From a virus (Duplodnaviria; Caudoviricetes): DNA of 64,000 nucleotides. Each line of letters opens with the position of its first letter. The first letter of the stretch is position 1. The stretch is taken from the IMG/VR virus record IMGVR_UViG_2914081374_000001, positions 1,842-65,841 of that record; one strand, 5' to 3'. A model generated the notes under the pieces. The model saw nothing but the letters and a program-made list of their open reading frames with translations. It searched no databases and was not told where the DNA came from. This document shows, in pieces, positions 30,069 to 39,528 of this stretch. Both the position numbers and the translations under genes were made by a program.

Positions 30069-30311
30069 TTAATCATCAAAATTTATCCCAAAATCCACTC
30101 CTAGAACCTCTTCTATTTTGCGAAAAGTTTCTTCAGGCAAGGCATCCCGTATCCGTTCCGCCTCAATATCATGCCAGTAAGCCCGGCTAATTCCGGCTTT
30201 TCCCGCTAAGACCTCAACTGATCGCCCATCAGCTTTTCTAACTTGTCTAATTTTTGCTCCTAACCCTTCAACCGCAACGTCCGTGTAGCGTCTAATTTTC
30301 ACTGTGTTCAC
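30069..30311 (-). CDS. XRE-family HTH repressor
   Basis: LGAKIRQVR...LAGKAGISRAYWHDIE; AGGAGG RBS. Confidence 0.85.
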   Translation of the reverse strand: MNTVKIRRYTDVAVEGLGAKIRQVRKADGRSVEVLAGKAGISRAYWHDIEAERIRDALPEETFRKIEEVLGVDFGINFDD

Positions 30312-30377
30312 CTTGAGACACCTCCTTTAATGTAAATTGTCGCTCTACACTACTCAATATATAATGTCGTGCAACGC

Positions 30378-30406
30378 TTGACAAGTGTCGTGTGACGGTA
30401 TACATT
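30378..30406 (+). promoter_or_regulatory. Sigma70-type promoter with TGTCGTG repeats (possible operators)
   Basis: TTGACA-17 nt-TACATT. Confidence 0.65.
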
Positions 30407-30486
30407 TTAAATATAGAGAAAGCGCCCCGGTCTCGCAAACTAAAGCGCTTCTCTAATCCCAAATAAAAAAAAGGAACTAGTCAATT

Positions 30487-30792
30487 ATGACTCAAACAGC
30501 AATCGATTCTCAACAAATTGCTCAGATCGAGCTTGCCCAATATCTAGAACAACAAGCCCAAGAACTGGCTCCAGAATTCGAGATCGACGGACTTCCAGAC
30601 GAAGACTTCGGTACGCTATACCGCCTTTGGAAGGGCAGAAAGTTGCTCGGAACTTTCTACAAAGCATTGGACGAGAAGTGGATCGCTCAACCCATGAATA
30701 ACGAACTCAAAGCGAGGCTCGATACCGACACTCAAGCAATACTCGCAATCATCGCGCTAAACGGAATGCTTGTAGCTAATTCGGCGGCGTAA
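30487..30792 (+). CDS. Hypothetical protein, paralogous to C-terminus of 58285..59700
   Basis: Shared PE.EID...D.DFG.LYR.W.G..LLGTFY....KWIAQ. Confidence 0.8.
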   Translation: MTQTAIDSQQIAQIELAQYLEQQAQELAPEFEIDGLPDEDFGTLYRLWKGRKLLGTFYKALDEKWIAQPMNNELKARLDTDTQAILAIIALNGMLVANSAA

Positions 30793-30858
30793 TAACAGAT
30801 ATCCCATCACTCAGAGACGCAAGTCATGCGTCTCTTTCTTGCTTTGTCAGGAGTAATT

Positions 30859-31722
30859 ATGAGCAATCTAACAGTATTTCAATTTGAGTCACAAGAAGTT
30901 CGGTTTGTTGGCAGTGCCGATGATCCTTGGTGGGTTGCATCTGACGTGTGTGCGATTTTGGGCATAGTCGTGTCTTTAGCAGTCAACGGTAGAGAACGCA
31001 AAACAAAAGACGGTAGCGTTTACCACGACGGCGGACTTGACGAAGATGAAAAGGGGGTTGCCATTGTCAACACCCCTGGAGGCGATCAAGAAATGTTGGT
31101 CGTAAATGAGCCAGGTTTGTATCGTTTAATATTTAAATCTCGCAAACCCGTAGCGAGACGTTTCCAGCGGTGGGTTTATCACGAGGTTTTACCCGCCATC
31201 CGCAAAACCGGGTCTTTTGCGATCGCCGAACCCCAAAAAGAAATCCAACCCCAAGAACAACCCCAACTCGCATTACCCCCTGCTACTCCCACACCCCAAG
31301 AAATTTCCGATGTCATCGACCTAATGCTAGGCAACACCGACCTGCACCCCAACCTAAAAGCGGGAGTCAAAGGGAATGCGATCGCCAAACTTCACCCTCA
31401 ACTACGAACCGTGATTGAAGAAGCGAAAGCTTTACTGCCTGTTTCAATCGAATCCAACCTAGTCCGCCCAACGGTGCTAGCGAACAAGCTGACGGAATCC
31501 ACTGGAGAAAAGTGGAGTGCCGTGCGAGTCAACAAAGTTCTCATCGAACAGGGTTTTCAGATTAAAAATCCGGATGGTAAGAATCCCGATTATTTACCCA
31601 CGGAAAAAGGTAAAGAACACAGCGAAATAGTCGTAGACACGGCTAAGGGACACGGTAAAACCATCCAATCCCTACAGTGGCATCTAACTGTGTTGGAAGC
31701 GCTGGAGATGAACGATTGCTGA
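30859..31722 (+). CDS. BRO-N domain antirepressor-like protein
   Basis: F.F..QEVR...PWWVASDVC, TPGG.QEM.VVNEPGLYRLIF.SRKP.A..FQ.WV..EVLP.IRKTG. Confidence 0.9.
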   Translation: MSNLTVFQFESQEVRFVGSADDPWWVASDVCAILGIVVSLAVNGRERKTKDGSVYHDGGLDEDEKGVAIVNTPGGDQEMLVVNEPGLYRLIFKSRKPVARRFQRWVYHEVLPAIRKTGSFAIAEPQKEIQPQEQPQLALPPATPTPQEISDVIDLMLGNTDLHPNLKAGVKGNAIAKLHPQLRTVIEEAKALLPVSIESNLVRPTVLANKLTESTGEKWSAVRVNKVLIEQGFQIKNPDGKNPDYLPTEKGKEHSEIVVDTAKGHGKTIQSLQWHLTVLEALEMNDC

Positions 31723-31772
31723 CTGGATGAGGCGTTGCCCCGTACCTTCTATCCAGGCTGGACAATGGCAGG

Positions 31773-32010
31773 CATGACCCCCAGGCAAATCCAAATCCTC
31801 CTACGAGTTGATCGAGAAATCGCACTGCAGCATTTCCTGAACGACCACCTCCTGCCTTTATTGGAAGAACGCGGTTACACCCTCCGCAACCTGCTACAGG
31901 CTTTGGGAGGCTTAGCCTTCGACCAACAAGAAAAAGTGGTGGCACACCACCTCTGGGACGGTGTAGCCCACCTCGATCAAGTAAAACACTTAGAGAATAC
32001 AGCGTTATGA
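31773..32010 (+). CDS. Hypothetical protein (start uncertain)
   Basis: Similar to 32315..32542 (GY.L..LL.A). Confidence 0.5.
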
Positions 32011-32315
32011 CCTACAACGTAAACCCAAAAATTTCCATACCTAGCAATTGGACAAGACCTAAATACCAATTCGGTCAAAGAGTGAAGCAGGGAGAGATTA
32101 TCGGCATGGAGTACTGGCAAGTTGAAGATTGTTGGCGCTACTGGGTATTACCAGACCCCAACAATTTTGAAGAATCACAAAGCTTTCTAGAAGATCTAAT
32201 CAGCCCACTAAGCCCCGAAGAATCACGCGCCCTAATTCATGATGAAATCAAGTCTTACCAATCCAAGATAGCGGCTCTTGTTTCGCAATTGAAGCAAATC
32301 GAGGGAGAAGGGTAA
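32007..32315 (+). CDS. DUF1392-like protein
   Basis: IP.NW..PKYQFGQ...G.IIGM; paralogs at 55754 and 57044. Confidence 0.6.
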   Translation: MTYNVNPKISIPSNWTRPKYQFGQRVKQGEIIGMEYWQVEDCWRYWVLPDPNNFEESQSFLEDLISPLSPEESRALIHDEIKSYQSKIAALVSQLKQIEGEG

Positions 32316-32542
32316 TGGACGATACATACTCCACAGAAATCCGACTCGCGTTGCGTAGCTTCCGCCGCGATTCTCTTGCCCGGTTCATGGGTGAATTCAT
32401 GGTAATACTCGCGCAAGAAGGCTATAACCTTGAGGACTTACTAGAGGCAATAGCAGCATGGTGTTACTCCAAACCCGAACTAAAACAAGTAGTTGGCAGC
32501 CTTGAGAACGCCAGTGCTGAGGCTCACAAAATCTACAAGTAA
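32315..32542 (+). CDS. Hypothetical protein
   Basis: Translationally coupled ORF. Confidence 0.6.
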   Translation: MDDTYSTEIRLALRSFRRDSLARFMGEFMVILAQEGYNLEDLLEAIAAWCYSKPELKQVVGSLENASAEAHKIYK

Positions 32543-32805
32543 CATCTACCCCCTGGAAAATTTTCCATAGGGACTAAAATACCACCCACCACTGGGTGGT
32601 TTTTTAATCTAAGATTAAGCGCTTGAAGAGGGGTGCGCGAGTGTACACTGTACAGGGCGCAGAGTACCATACATTTTGACACCATGTCAACACGCGCTTT
32701 ATGCTCTTAGCAATGTGAAGATTTCGTCGCTTTTGAGGAACCGTGCTTAATATTTTGTATCCTTAATATAGAACAAGCCTGTTGACTAGTCCAAGGAGGG
32801 GTACT

Positions 32806-33405
32806 ATGCTAACTTGTTTTGACGTAGCAAATTACTTTTGCTGGCTAGCCAAAACGTTGTCTGGCTGTTTGACTCATATGCCACTACAAAAGCACGTTTA
32901 CTATGCTCAGGGCTTTTATTTAGGTCTTTACGGTGAACCTCTCTTCCTGGAAGAAATCAAGGCATGGGATTTCGGTCCCGTCATTCCAGTTTTATGGCAA
33001 GAGTACAAAGCTCACGGATCTAATCCTATTCCAGCGCCAAAAAACTTTGATGTCTCTGTTTACAGCGAACGGCAAATAGCACTACTTGATGGAGTTTATT
33101 CGAGATTTGGTCATCTAAACGCCTTTTTACTTTCGCAGATGACTCACTCCGAACCCACATGGAAAAATGCCTACCCTCAAGGTGTAATTACTACTGATGC
33201 CATGAAAGAATTCTTTGAGACATGCTTAAACTCTGACGATTCTTTGAAAAACCGCTTTTTACCATCTAGCGGTAACAGTTTAGATCGGCAACCAAACGTA
33301 GAGTCTGCTGTAGAATCTGATATTAGGAAGTCTAAAGGTTTTCAAGCTTATTTAGCTTCCAAAAAAGAGCGCTCTGAGGTTTACCGTCGTCTTGCTGAAT
33401 CCTGA
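32806..33405 (+). CDS. Panacea (DUF4065/SocA-like) antitoxin
   Basis: LQKHVYYAQG...LF.E.I.AW..GPV, LS.MTH.EPTW. Confidence 0.88.
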   Translation: MLTCFDVANYFCWLAKTLSGCLTHMPLQKHVYYAQGFYLGLYGEPLFLEEIKAWDFGPVIPVLWQEYKAHGSNPIPAPKNFDVSVYSERQIALLDGVYSRFGHLNAFLLSQMTHSEPTWKNAYPQGVITTDAMKEFFETCLNSDDSLKNRFLPSSGNSLDRQPNVESAVESDIRKSKGFQAYLASKKERSEVYRRLAES

Positions 33406-33811
33406 ATTTGTTGACATTGAATTAGCGATCGCTATTCATGACGATCTAATCGAAACGCATGGAGGTAGTTTGGGAGTAAGAGATGAGAGACTGTTAGAGT
33501 CTGCTTTATCTCAACCACAAGCTACCTTTTTTGGTGAATTTTTGCATCCCACAATTGCCGAGCAGGCCGCGGCTTATTTATATCACGTTACTAAAAACCA
33601 CGCTTTCATTGACGGCAACAAACGCGCTGCTCTTGGCATCACGGAAGCTTTTTTACGCATGAACGGATACAACTTGACTTTATCTGACAACGAATTATAC
33701 GAGTTGGTTTTAGCTGTATCTACAGGTAAGCTAGAAAAAACTGATTTAATAAGCGTGATAGCGGATCATCTTGTCGTCCAAATTTTAGGTGCTGAGGCAC
33801 AAGATTGTTAA
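33392..33811 (+). CDS. doc: Doc/Fic-family toxin
   Basis: G.RD..LLESA...P and HAFIDGNKR motif. Confidence 0.9.
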   Translation: MLNPEFVDIELAIAIHDDLIETHGGSLGVRDERLLESALSQPQATFFGEFLHPTIAEQAAAYLYHVTKNHAFIDGNKRAALGITEAFLRMNGYNLTLSDNELYELVLAVSTGKLEKTDLISVIADHLVVQILGAEAQDC

Positions 33812-34016
33812 CAAGCCAGTTTCTATTTCTATTATCAACACCACGAGCGCGAACGTAGGTGTTTTTTTTGCAGCCAAAAAAGTAAACAGGGGTGAATCAT
33901 CACCCCTGATAGGATGCGTTCATCAGGGTGCATCACAAGCCATCAATTTAAGCGATCGCACCTCGCATCGGTACAGTAGAGCGGGAATTGTAGGTGTATC
34001 CAAAACCTCAACTCTC

Positions 34017-34247
34017 ATGACGCCATTTTTACTTGTAGCAGCTATCGTCACCCAATCTCCTACGGTTCCCGTAGAAAAAACCCAGGAACCCCACAGGGGC
34101 GACGACAGAAGGGAGAACTCAACAATCGTTTACACGGACGGTTGCAGAACTAATAGCACAGAACCTTGCTTTTTGCTGCAATCCGGGAACGAAGTATATT
34201 GCCCTTCAAGAAAGAACAATGCGTCAACTAACCCTAAGCATTGCTGA
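34017..34247 (+). CDS. Small secreted-like peptide
   Basis: Hydrophobic N-terminus; GGGAAT about 29 nt upstream. Confidence 0.45.
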   Translation: MTPFLLVAAIVTQSPTVPVEKTQEPHRGDDRRENSTIVYTDGCRTNSTEPCFLLQSGNEVYCPSRKNNASTNPKHC

Positions 34248-34689
34248 ACTCTCTGTCACCTTAAGTCGCTTCACTGCCTACGATCGCAACACACCTGAAA
34301 CCGGGCAAACCGAGTACAGTATCGTTGGCACGCCATTGGATAGCGGTCCCGTGTACGAACCAAAACACATTTGGGTAGCTAGCGCAATGGTGACTTGGGA
34401 AGAGTGGCACGCTTTGGGTGCTATTTTCCAAAAAAGTGACTCGCTACGCCGGAACATCAGCAATTACAGGATTTTAGTAGAAGATAGCGTGCAGAATTTT
34501 GTTGAGCACGGAGCGAGGACGAGAGCGATCGCCACTGGGGGAAGTGAGGCAACATTCCCTGGTGGCGTAGCTTACCCTGCACAATTCTACGCACGGATGT
34601 TTGAACCTAAGTCGCAGTGGCAGCGCAACGGACTGTATCCCTACGTTGCCAGCTTTACACTACGCGAACTGGATAAGGTGGCAGCGTGA
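34219..34689 (+). CDS. Putative distal tail protein
   Basis: First gene of tail-tip operon; ends FTLREL. Confidence 0.5.
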   Translation: MRQLTLSIAELSVTLSRFTAYDRNTPETGQTEYSIVGTPLDSGPVYEPKHIWVASAMVTWEEWHALGAIFQKSDSLRRNISNYRILVEDSVQNFVEHGARTRAIATGGSEATFPGGVAYPAQFYARMFEPKSQWQRNGLYPYVASFTLRELDKVAA

Positions 34690-36812
34690 CAGCCAACCAA
34701 TCAGCCAGGAATGTACGGTTATTTATCGGGGGCAAGGACTTTACGCCCTGCATGATTTCGTTCCAAGGTAGCGATTCACACCTTGATTCTTCTGGGCTGA
34801 TTAGTTTCACAGGCTCAATCCTGCTGGGTAATGCCATCGACTTTGACGAATCGCTGGATGATCGCAAGAATCCCACACGCTTCTGTAGGGGTGTGCAGGT
34901 GACACTGGAAGTTGCTAATAGTACAGGCGTATTGCAGCGTCATCCACGAGGGGCATTGCGGATATTAACACCCAAATACGACATAGAGAAGCAACAGCTA
35001 ACATTAGAAGTAGGCGATTTAATCGCAGTACTGAACTTCAAGGAACCAACAGATCCTGATAAAGCTGACAATAAATCGAGTGAAGGTAAGCCAGCCAGCT
35101 ATATTATTACCAACCTTTTACAAGAAGCTGGCATTACTAATATCAGCGGAAATATTGCTAGCACAATCTACAATTATCCTCTGAATTTATCTGGTTCATA
35201 TCTGCAATCAGTTGGGAAGCTTCTTTATGCAAATAACTCCTACGCTTGGATTGATAGATACGAAAGTTTTCGCATTGAACCGGCAAATATAGCTCCCAGC
35301 ATTGGTAGCATAAGTATGCTAATCGGGCGTGACGAAATCTGGTATAAGCGCCTTGAGGGAGCGGAATCACCGTGCGAAATAATCAAAGCAGTAGGAACAG
35401 AAATGATTGTTCGCCCCACGCCGGAATACATAGAAGACACCACAGAACAATACGGCTTAGCGTCCACCGTCGATTCAACTGCCTCTAATTTCGATATCGT
35501 AATTAAGCGCACCAAAAGAATACAAGAATGGAGCAAAAGCCAGCACATTCAAAAAGTTACCAGTCTGATTAATGCGCCGATGGGCTTAGTAATACCCAAA
35601 GATCTGCAAAGTAAAAACTCTTCAAAATTGAGCTTGATTAGAGCAGAAGAGCAAGTAGAAGAATGGAAATACGAACAAAACGCAGAGTGTAAACTCAAAA
35701 CTAAAGAAACTAAAATTTATCAGCCGAGAGCTACGTACTTTGCTGAATTCCTAAAAGCACGTCCGGACTACATTGCTGATATAAGCGCCTTTAACTTAAC
35801 CAAGCTTATCAAAGAAACTTATGAGTACGACAAAAAGGATCGACTCAAAAAAATTACTGTAGACACTTACGAATTAAGAATAATTATTCTTAATGGCACG
35901 GATGAGGACTGGAAGAAGTGGATATTTCCGCCCGAATATTTAGTGAAATCGGGACTTAAAACTGAAGAGTGGACGGAGCTTAATAAAAATACCTGGAAAT
36001 ATAGCACAAATAGCTATGAGCCATTGGTGCGGGTAAATCCAGACTTGGCGAATGAATCGCCAGACGGAATTTTCACTACTAAATCCAACCTGGTTTACGC
36101 TGCAGGAGAAACAAAAGTTTCTAACTCCGGGCAACTCGTTCCACCCGCACCAGAGCGCTGCCCTCCCGAATACACAATCGAAGAAAACAACATAGAAGAA
36201 AAGGCTATTTTTAGCGATTTATGTGCTAATAACCTCAAGCAACGGGAGCGGACTTATACGGTTGATTTCTTGGCAGGAAGAGTAGAGCCTGCACTCCGCC
36301 CAGGAGAAGTAGTGGTATATGCGATTGGCGGAGGAGCATCGTCTCAAGCTAGCGCTCAACTGCAGGCTCTAGCGCAACGAGAGGGGCGACTACTGCAAGG
36401 GCGCTATAAAGGGCAGGAGTTAGCGATGCCCTTAGTGGATGAGATTTTCAATTACTCCCCCTTAATGACAGTTCGCGCTACGGAACCAGATAACACGATG
36501 CAAGTTTACCTGGCAGATGGCGCAAGCTGGGTTGTCAGCCAAATGAAAGCATTATGGAGCTGCGATGGCATCTGGGTGGGTACTCAAGTTGGTGGCGCAG
36601 TTGTACCACCTTACGTAGAACCCAAAACCTTGTATTTGGGGCAGGGGCAAGGAATTGATTTTTACCCCTACCCCTACCTTTTAGCTACGACTTATCAGCA
36701 GATCGAGCTAGGGCAGGGGCAAGGATTAGAAGCATCTCAATTAACTTGGGAAAATTTTGATTGGGATAGCGTGGATGAAAATACTTGGAATATTCTAGGA
36801 AGCTCTAATTAA
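34686..36812 (+). CDS. Putative tail hub/baseplate protein
   Basis: 708 aa, beta-rich; follows Dit-like gene. Confidence 0.55.
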   Translation: MTANQSARNVRLFIGGKDFTPCMISFQGSDSHLDSSGLISFTGSILLGNAIDFDESLDDRKNPTRFCRGVQVTLEVANSTGVLQRHPRGALRILTPKYDIEKQQLTLEVGDLIAVLNFKEPTDPDKADNKSSEGKPASYIITNLLQEAGITNISGNIASTIYNYPLNLSGSYLQSVGKLLYANNSYAWIDRYESFRIEPANIAPSIGSISMLIGRDEIWYKRLEGAESPCEIIKAVGTEMIVRPTPEYIEDTTEQYGLASTVDSTASNFDIVIKRTKRIQEWSKSQHIQKVTSLINAPMGLVIPKDLQSKNSSKLSLIRAEEQVEEWKYEQNAECKLKTKETKIYQPRATYFAEFLKARPDYIADISAFNLTKLIKETYEYDKKDRLKKITVDTYELRIIILNGTDEDWKKWIFPPEYLVKSGLKTEEWTELNKNTWKYSTNSYEPLVRVNPDLANESPDGIFTTKSNLVYAAGETKVSNSGQLVPPAPERCPPEYTIEENNIEEKAIFSDLCANNLKQRERTYTVDFLAGRVEPALRPGEVVVYAIGGGASSQASAQLQALAQREGRLLQGRYKGQELAMPLVDEIFNYSPLMTVRATEPDNTMQVYLADGASWVVSQMKALWSCDGIWVGTQVGGAVVPPYVEPKTLYLGQGQGIDFYPYPYLLATTYQQIELGQGQGLEASQLTWENFDWDSVDENTWNILGSSN

Positions 36813-37270
36813 TGCCAGCAGGAACCTTTACCAATGAGTGGATTTCACAATCAGCCAGAATTCTGTATCTAGGTGAATCGCCACCAGATCCCAATAGTTT
36901 TTGGCTGTGCTTGGCGAATACCGCATTACTAACTAGAGCAAGCTCAACTACTGACTTTGTCGCTGCCGAGCCTGCCGCAGAGCATGGTTACACTAGAGCG
37001 AATATTGTGTTCACTGCGGGCGCTTACGACACCACCGATCAACGCTACGAAATTCCCATCGCCACAGCGACATTCACAGCAACGGATGCTTCGCTAAATT
37101 TTCAAACAGCATTCCTAATGGCAAGCGCTCAACCTACTCCACAAGATGCATCGGGAGTAGCGATCGCCTATTTTGTCGAATCCGCCCCTGTCACCGTACC
37201 TCCAGGACAAAGTTACACTTATCAGATTCCTTATGCCATGCTCAACACGGGGTACGTCAATGGAATCTGA
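36812..37270 (+). CDS. Phage tail protein
   Basis: E.....GYTR...F.A motif similar to 5030..5833 domains. Confidence 0.6.
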   Translation: MPAGTFTNEWISQSARILYLGESPPDPNSFWLCLANTALLTRASSTTDFVAAEPAAEHGYTRANIVFTAGAYDTTDQRYEIPIATATFTATDASLNFQTAFLMASAQPTPQDASGVAIAYFVESAPVTVPPGQSYTYQIPYAMLNTGYVNGI

Positions 37271-38654
37271 ACTTAGGCTATTGCAACAACAGCAGCAACT
37301 CAATCGCCGCTCAAGAGAGCAAAAAATAATGGAAGAACCATTACAAGGGCAACAAAAAATAACCACCATCTCCGGCTACGATCCTGTAACGGGACTAACG
37401 AAGCTAATCGATCAAAACGGAGCTAGTTTTTATGGATCTTCCATCACAAGTGGCGCTGTAGGCAAGGGAGAAAATATCAGATTAAGGCGTGGTGAAGGGC
37501 TTTTTGCATACGATTCGATGCCTCATGTTTATCCCACCATTCCGCAACAGATTACCAAGTCCGAACCTATTATTGTAGGGCTTCTTTGTGATATACCTAT
37601 CAATCTTCAAATACCCGATCTCGGTAAATATAAATCTTCCAACTGTATACACAAAATATTTTTAAACGGCGGACAAAACCTAGAAGCATCGATAAGTCCA
37701 GTTGGCTTATTTATCGGAACGCTAAAAAACAACAGCACAATACTTGAAAAGCTAGTAATTAACGACATCAGCGATTTTTATCCGAGCGATGGCTATGGAG
37801 AATACTCTCTAGAATGGTTCTCGCTCGACAGCTATTACTCAATGGGGTATGACTCGCAGATTTTAAAATATATCACTAATTTTAAACTTCCTGAATTTTA
37901 CTCAACTACAACTTACGTCACTGATGCTTTTAATATCGCTGCCATAAATTTATCAATTTTGGAGTTTAAGGTAACAGAAAAAGAAAGCAATTTCACCAGT
38001 CTAACCTTTAGAAGTAATTCAGAAATTACCTTCGTTGTCAACTCTTTACCTTATGTAACAGAACAAGTCTTGGTTAACAAGAATGTTTTTTTAATTAAAG
38101 CTTTAAAATACAAGAGCATCAATGGAGAGATTTGCTATGTCTTGATTGGCGGGCGAACAGGTGGTGACAGTCTATCAACAGGAATAATTGTTTGGGATAT
38201 TGGGAAAATAAGTAATCTACAATCAAAAAGCAATATAGCTTGTTATTTTGGTTTTGATTGGGGTTCTAGCGCGTTTCCCAATGCCGAAAAAGGATTTAGA
38301 TTAATAGATGCTTACGGAACATCTGGAGGCATAGTAATTAATGTTGTTTTAATTGGTCAAAATACAAGTAACAGTGCGTTTGAAATATTTATACCAGAAG
38401 CATTTCTAAAAGGTGAAAACGGTATTAAGGTAGAAGCCGAACAACTAATTTTCTCTAATTTAGCGCAACTAAATAACGCCATAACACAAGAGTCGTTTAC
38501 CATAAATGTTGGCTCAATACCTGAACCGCTAGAAACTAGAGAATTTATTGCTCCCTTCAAAATTCCTAAATATCAACCAGAGAACGGCAAAGAGAAAAAA
38601 CTAATCCTTTACAGTTTATTCAGTAAAGAAAAGGGCAGGCAAGTTTTTTCATGA
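37260..38654 (+). CDS. Tail-tip/receptor-binding candidate
   Basis: N-terminus (GYDPVTG...DSMP) resembles 38651..38932; AT-rich C-terminal part. Confidence 0.5.
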   Translation: MESELRLLQQQQQLNRRSREQKIMEEPLQGQQKITTISGYDPVTGLTKLIDQNGASFYGSSITSGAVGKGENIRLRRGEGLFAYDSMPHVYPTIPQQITKSEPIIVGLLCDIPINLQIPDLGKYKSSNCIHKIFLNGGQNLEASISPVGLFIGTLKNNSTILEKLVINDISDFYPSDGYGEYSLEWFSLDSYYSMGYDSQILKYITNFKLPEFYSTTTYVTDAFNIAAINLSILEFKVTEKESNFTSLTFRSNSEITFVVNSLPYVTEQVLVNKNVFLIKALKYKSINGEICYVLIGGRTGGDSLSTGIIVWDIGKISNLQSKSNIACYFGFDWGSSAFPNAEKGFRLIDAYGTSGGIVINVVLIGQNTSNSAFEIFIPEAFLKGENGIKVEAEQLIFSNLAQLNNAITQESFTINVGSIPEPLETREFIAPFKIPKYQPENGKEKKLILYSLFSKEKGRQVFS

Positions 38655-38932
38655 AGGAAATAGAGCTTTTGAGAAACATCTCAATTCAAAATCGGCACAC
38701 TTACCAAGTAAAACAAATTGGTATACAAAAAGCACGCGATCGCATCCTCGAACACAGCACCCGTATCCTTGGGTACGACTCCACAACAGGTAATTACCAA
38801 GTACAAAACGCTAACGGGCAAATATTTTCAGCTCGCGCTATCTCCAATTCCAGCGCTTTATGTAAGGGTGCGAACGTAAGTTTGGTTGCTCCAGTGGGGG
38901 GAATTCCGATCATTGATGCCATGCCCCGATAA
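38651..38932 (+). CDS. Small tail protein
   Basis: LGYDSTTG...IDAMP, paralog of preceding N-terminus. Confidence 0.55.
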   Translation: MKEIELLRNISIQNRHTYQVKQIGIQKARDRILEHSTRILGYDSTTGNYQVQNANGQIFSARAISNSSALCKGANVSLVAPVGGIPIIDAMPR

Positions 38933-38937
38933 AGAAC

Positions 38938-39528
38938 ATGCCAATTTCTATTGGTTACAGAATAGCCAACTTAGCCGCACTTACGGCAATAGCACAAGAA
39001 AATCGCCCTGATGGATACACAAGGCTGGTGCAAAGCGATGCTGATGGACTACCCGCTTGGTACACCTTCATCGCCTCCAGTACTGCCACTGCCGACGGCA
39101 ATTCCGTGGTAACTCCAGATGATGGCATCGGTAGGTGGATTAAAAGCAGTGGTACTGGTGGTGGCGTGGCATTCGGTGGTGGAAATTTATGCACATCCGG
39201 GCAGTGTGCCATTGGGGGCAAGGCATTTCAATTCTATGCCCCACAACAGTCTTTGCAACTGACTGTAGTTCCAGGATTTGATATCTCAATTTCAACTGGC
39301 TCCACTTCAATCCAGTTACACCGCTGGAACCAAGCACCCAACACTAGCTTAATCGGTAGGGAGTTTGTACAAGCCCTGCCCAATACCGGGGGCAAGATAG
39401 CAGTGACAATTGACAGCACTTACCGCTGGATTAGTTTCTTCGCCAAAAACCCAGCTAAGAGTGGGCAATATGACGGTGTATGCTTCACGATGAGTGGAAA
39501 TGTCGTTACTCTCTTGGGTTACTCGTAA
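38938..39528 (+). CDS. Tail fiber-like protein
   Basis: IANLAAL.AI...STATADGNSVV.P..G.GRW head-binding-like domain. Confidence 0.6.
   Translation: MPISIGYRIANLAALTAIAQENRPDGYTRLVQSDADGLPAWYTFIASSTATADGNSVVTPDDGIGRWIKSSGTGGGVAFGGGNLCTSGQCAIGGKAFQFYAPQQSLQLTVVPGFDISISTGSTSIQLHRWNQAPNTSLIGREFVQALPNTGGKIAVTIDSTYRWISFFAKNPAKSGQYDGVCFTMSGNVVTLLGYS

Noticed and set aside
30375-30386. CGCTTGACAAGT resembles the concatenated NN string of array unit 1
   Set aside because: Needs an insertion and is short; not significant
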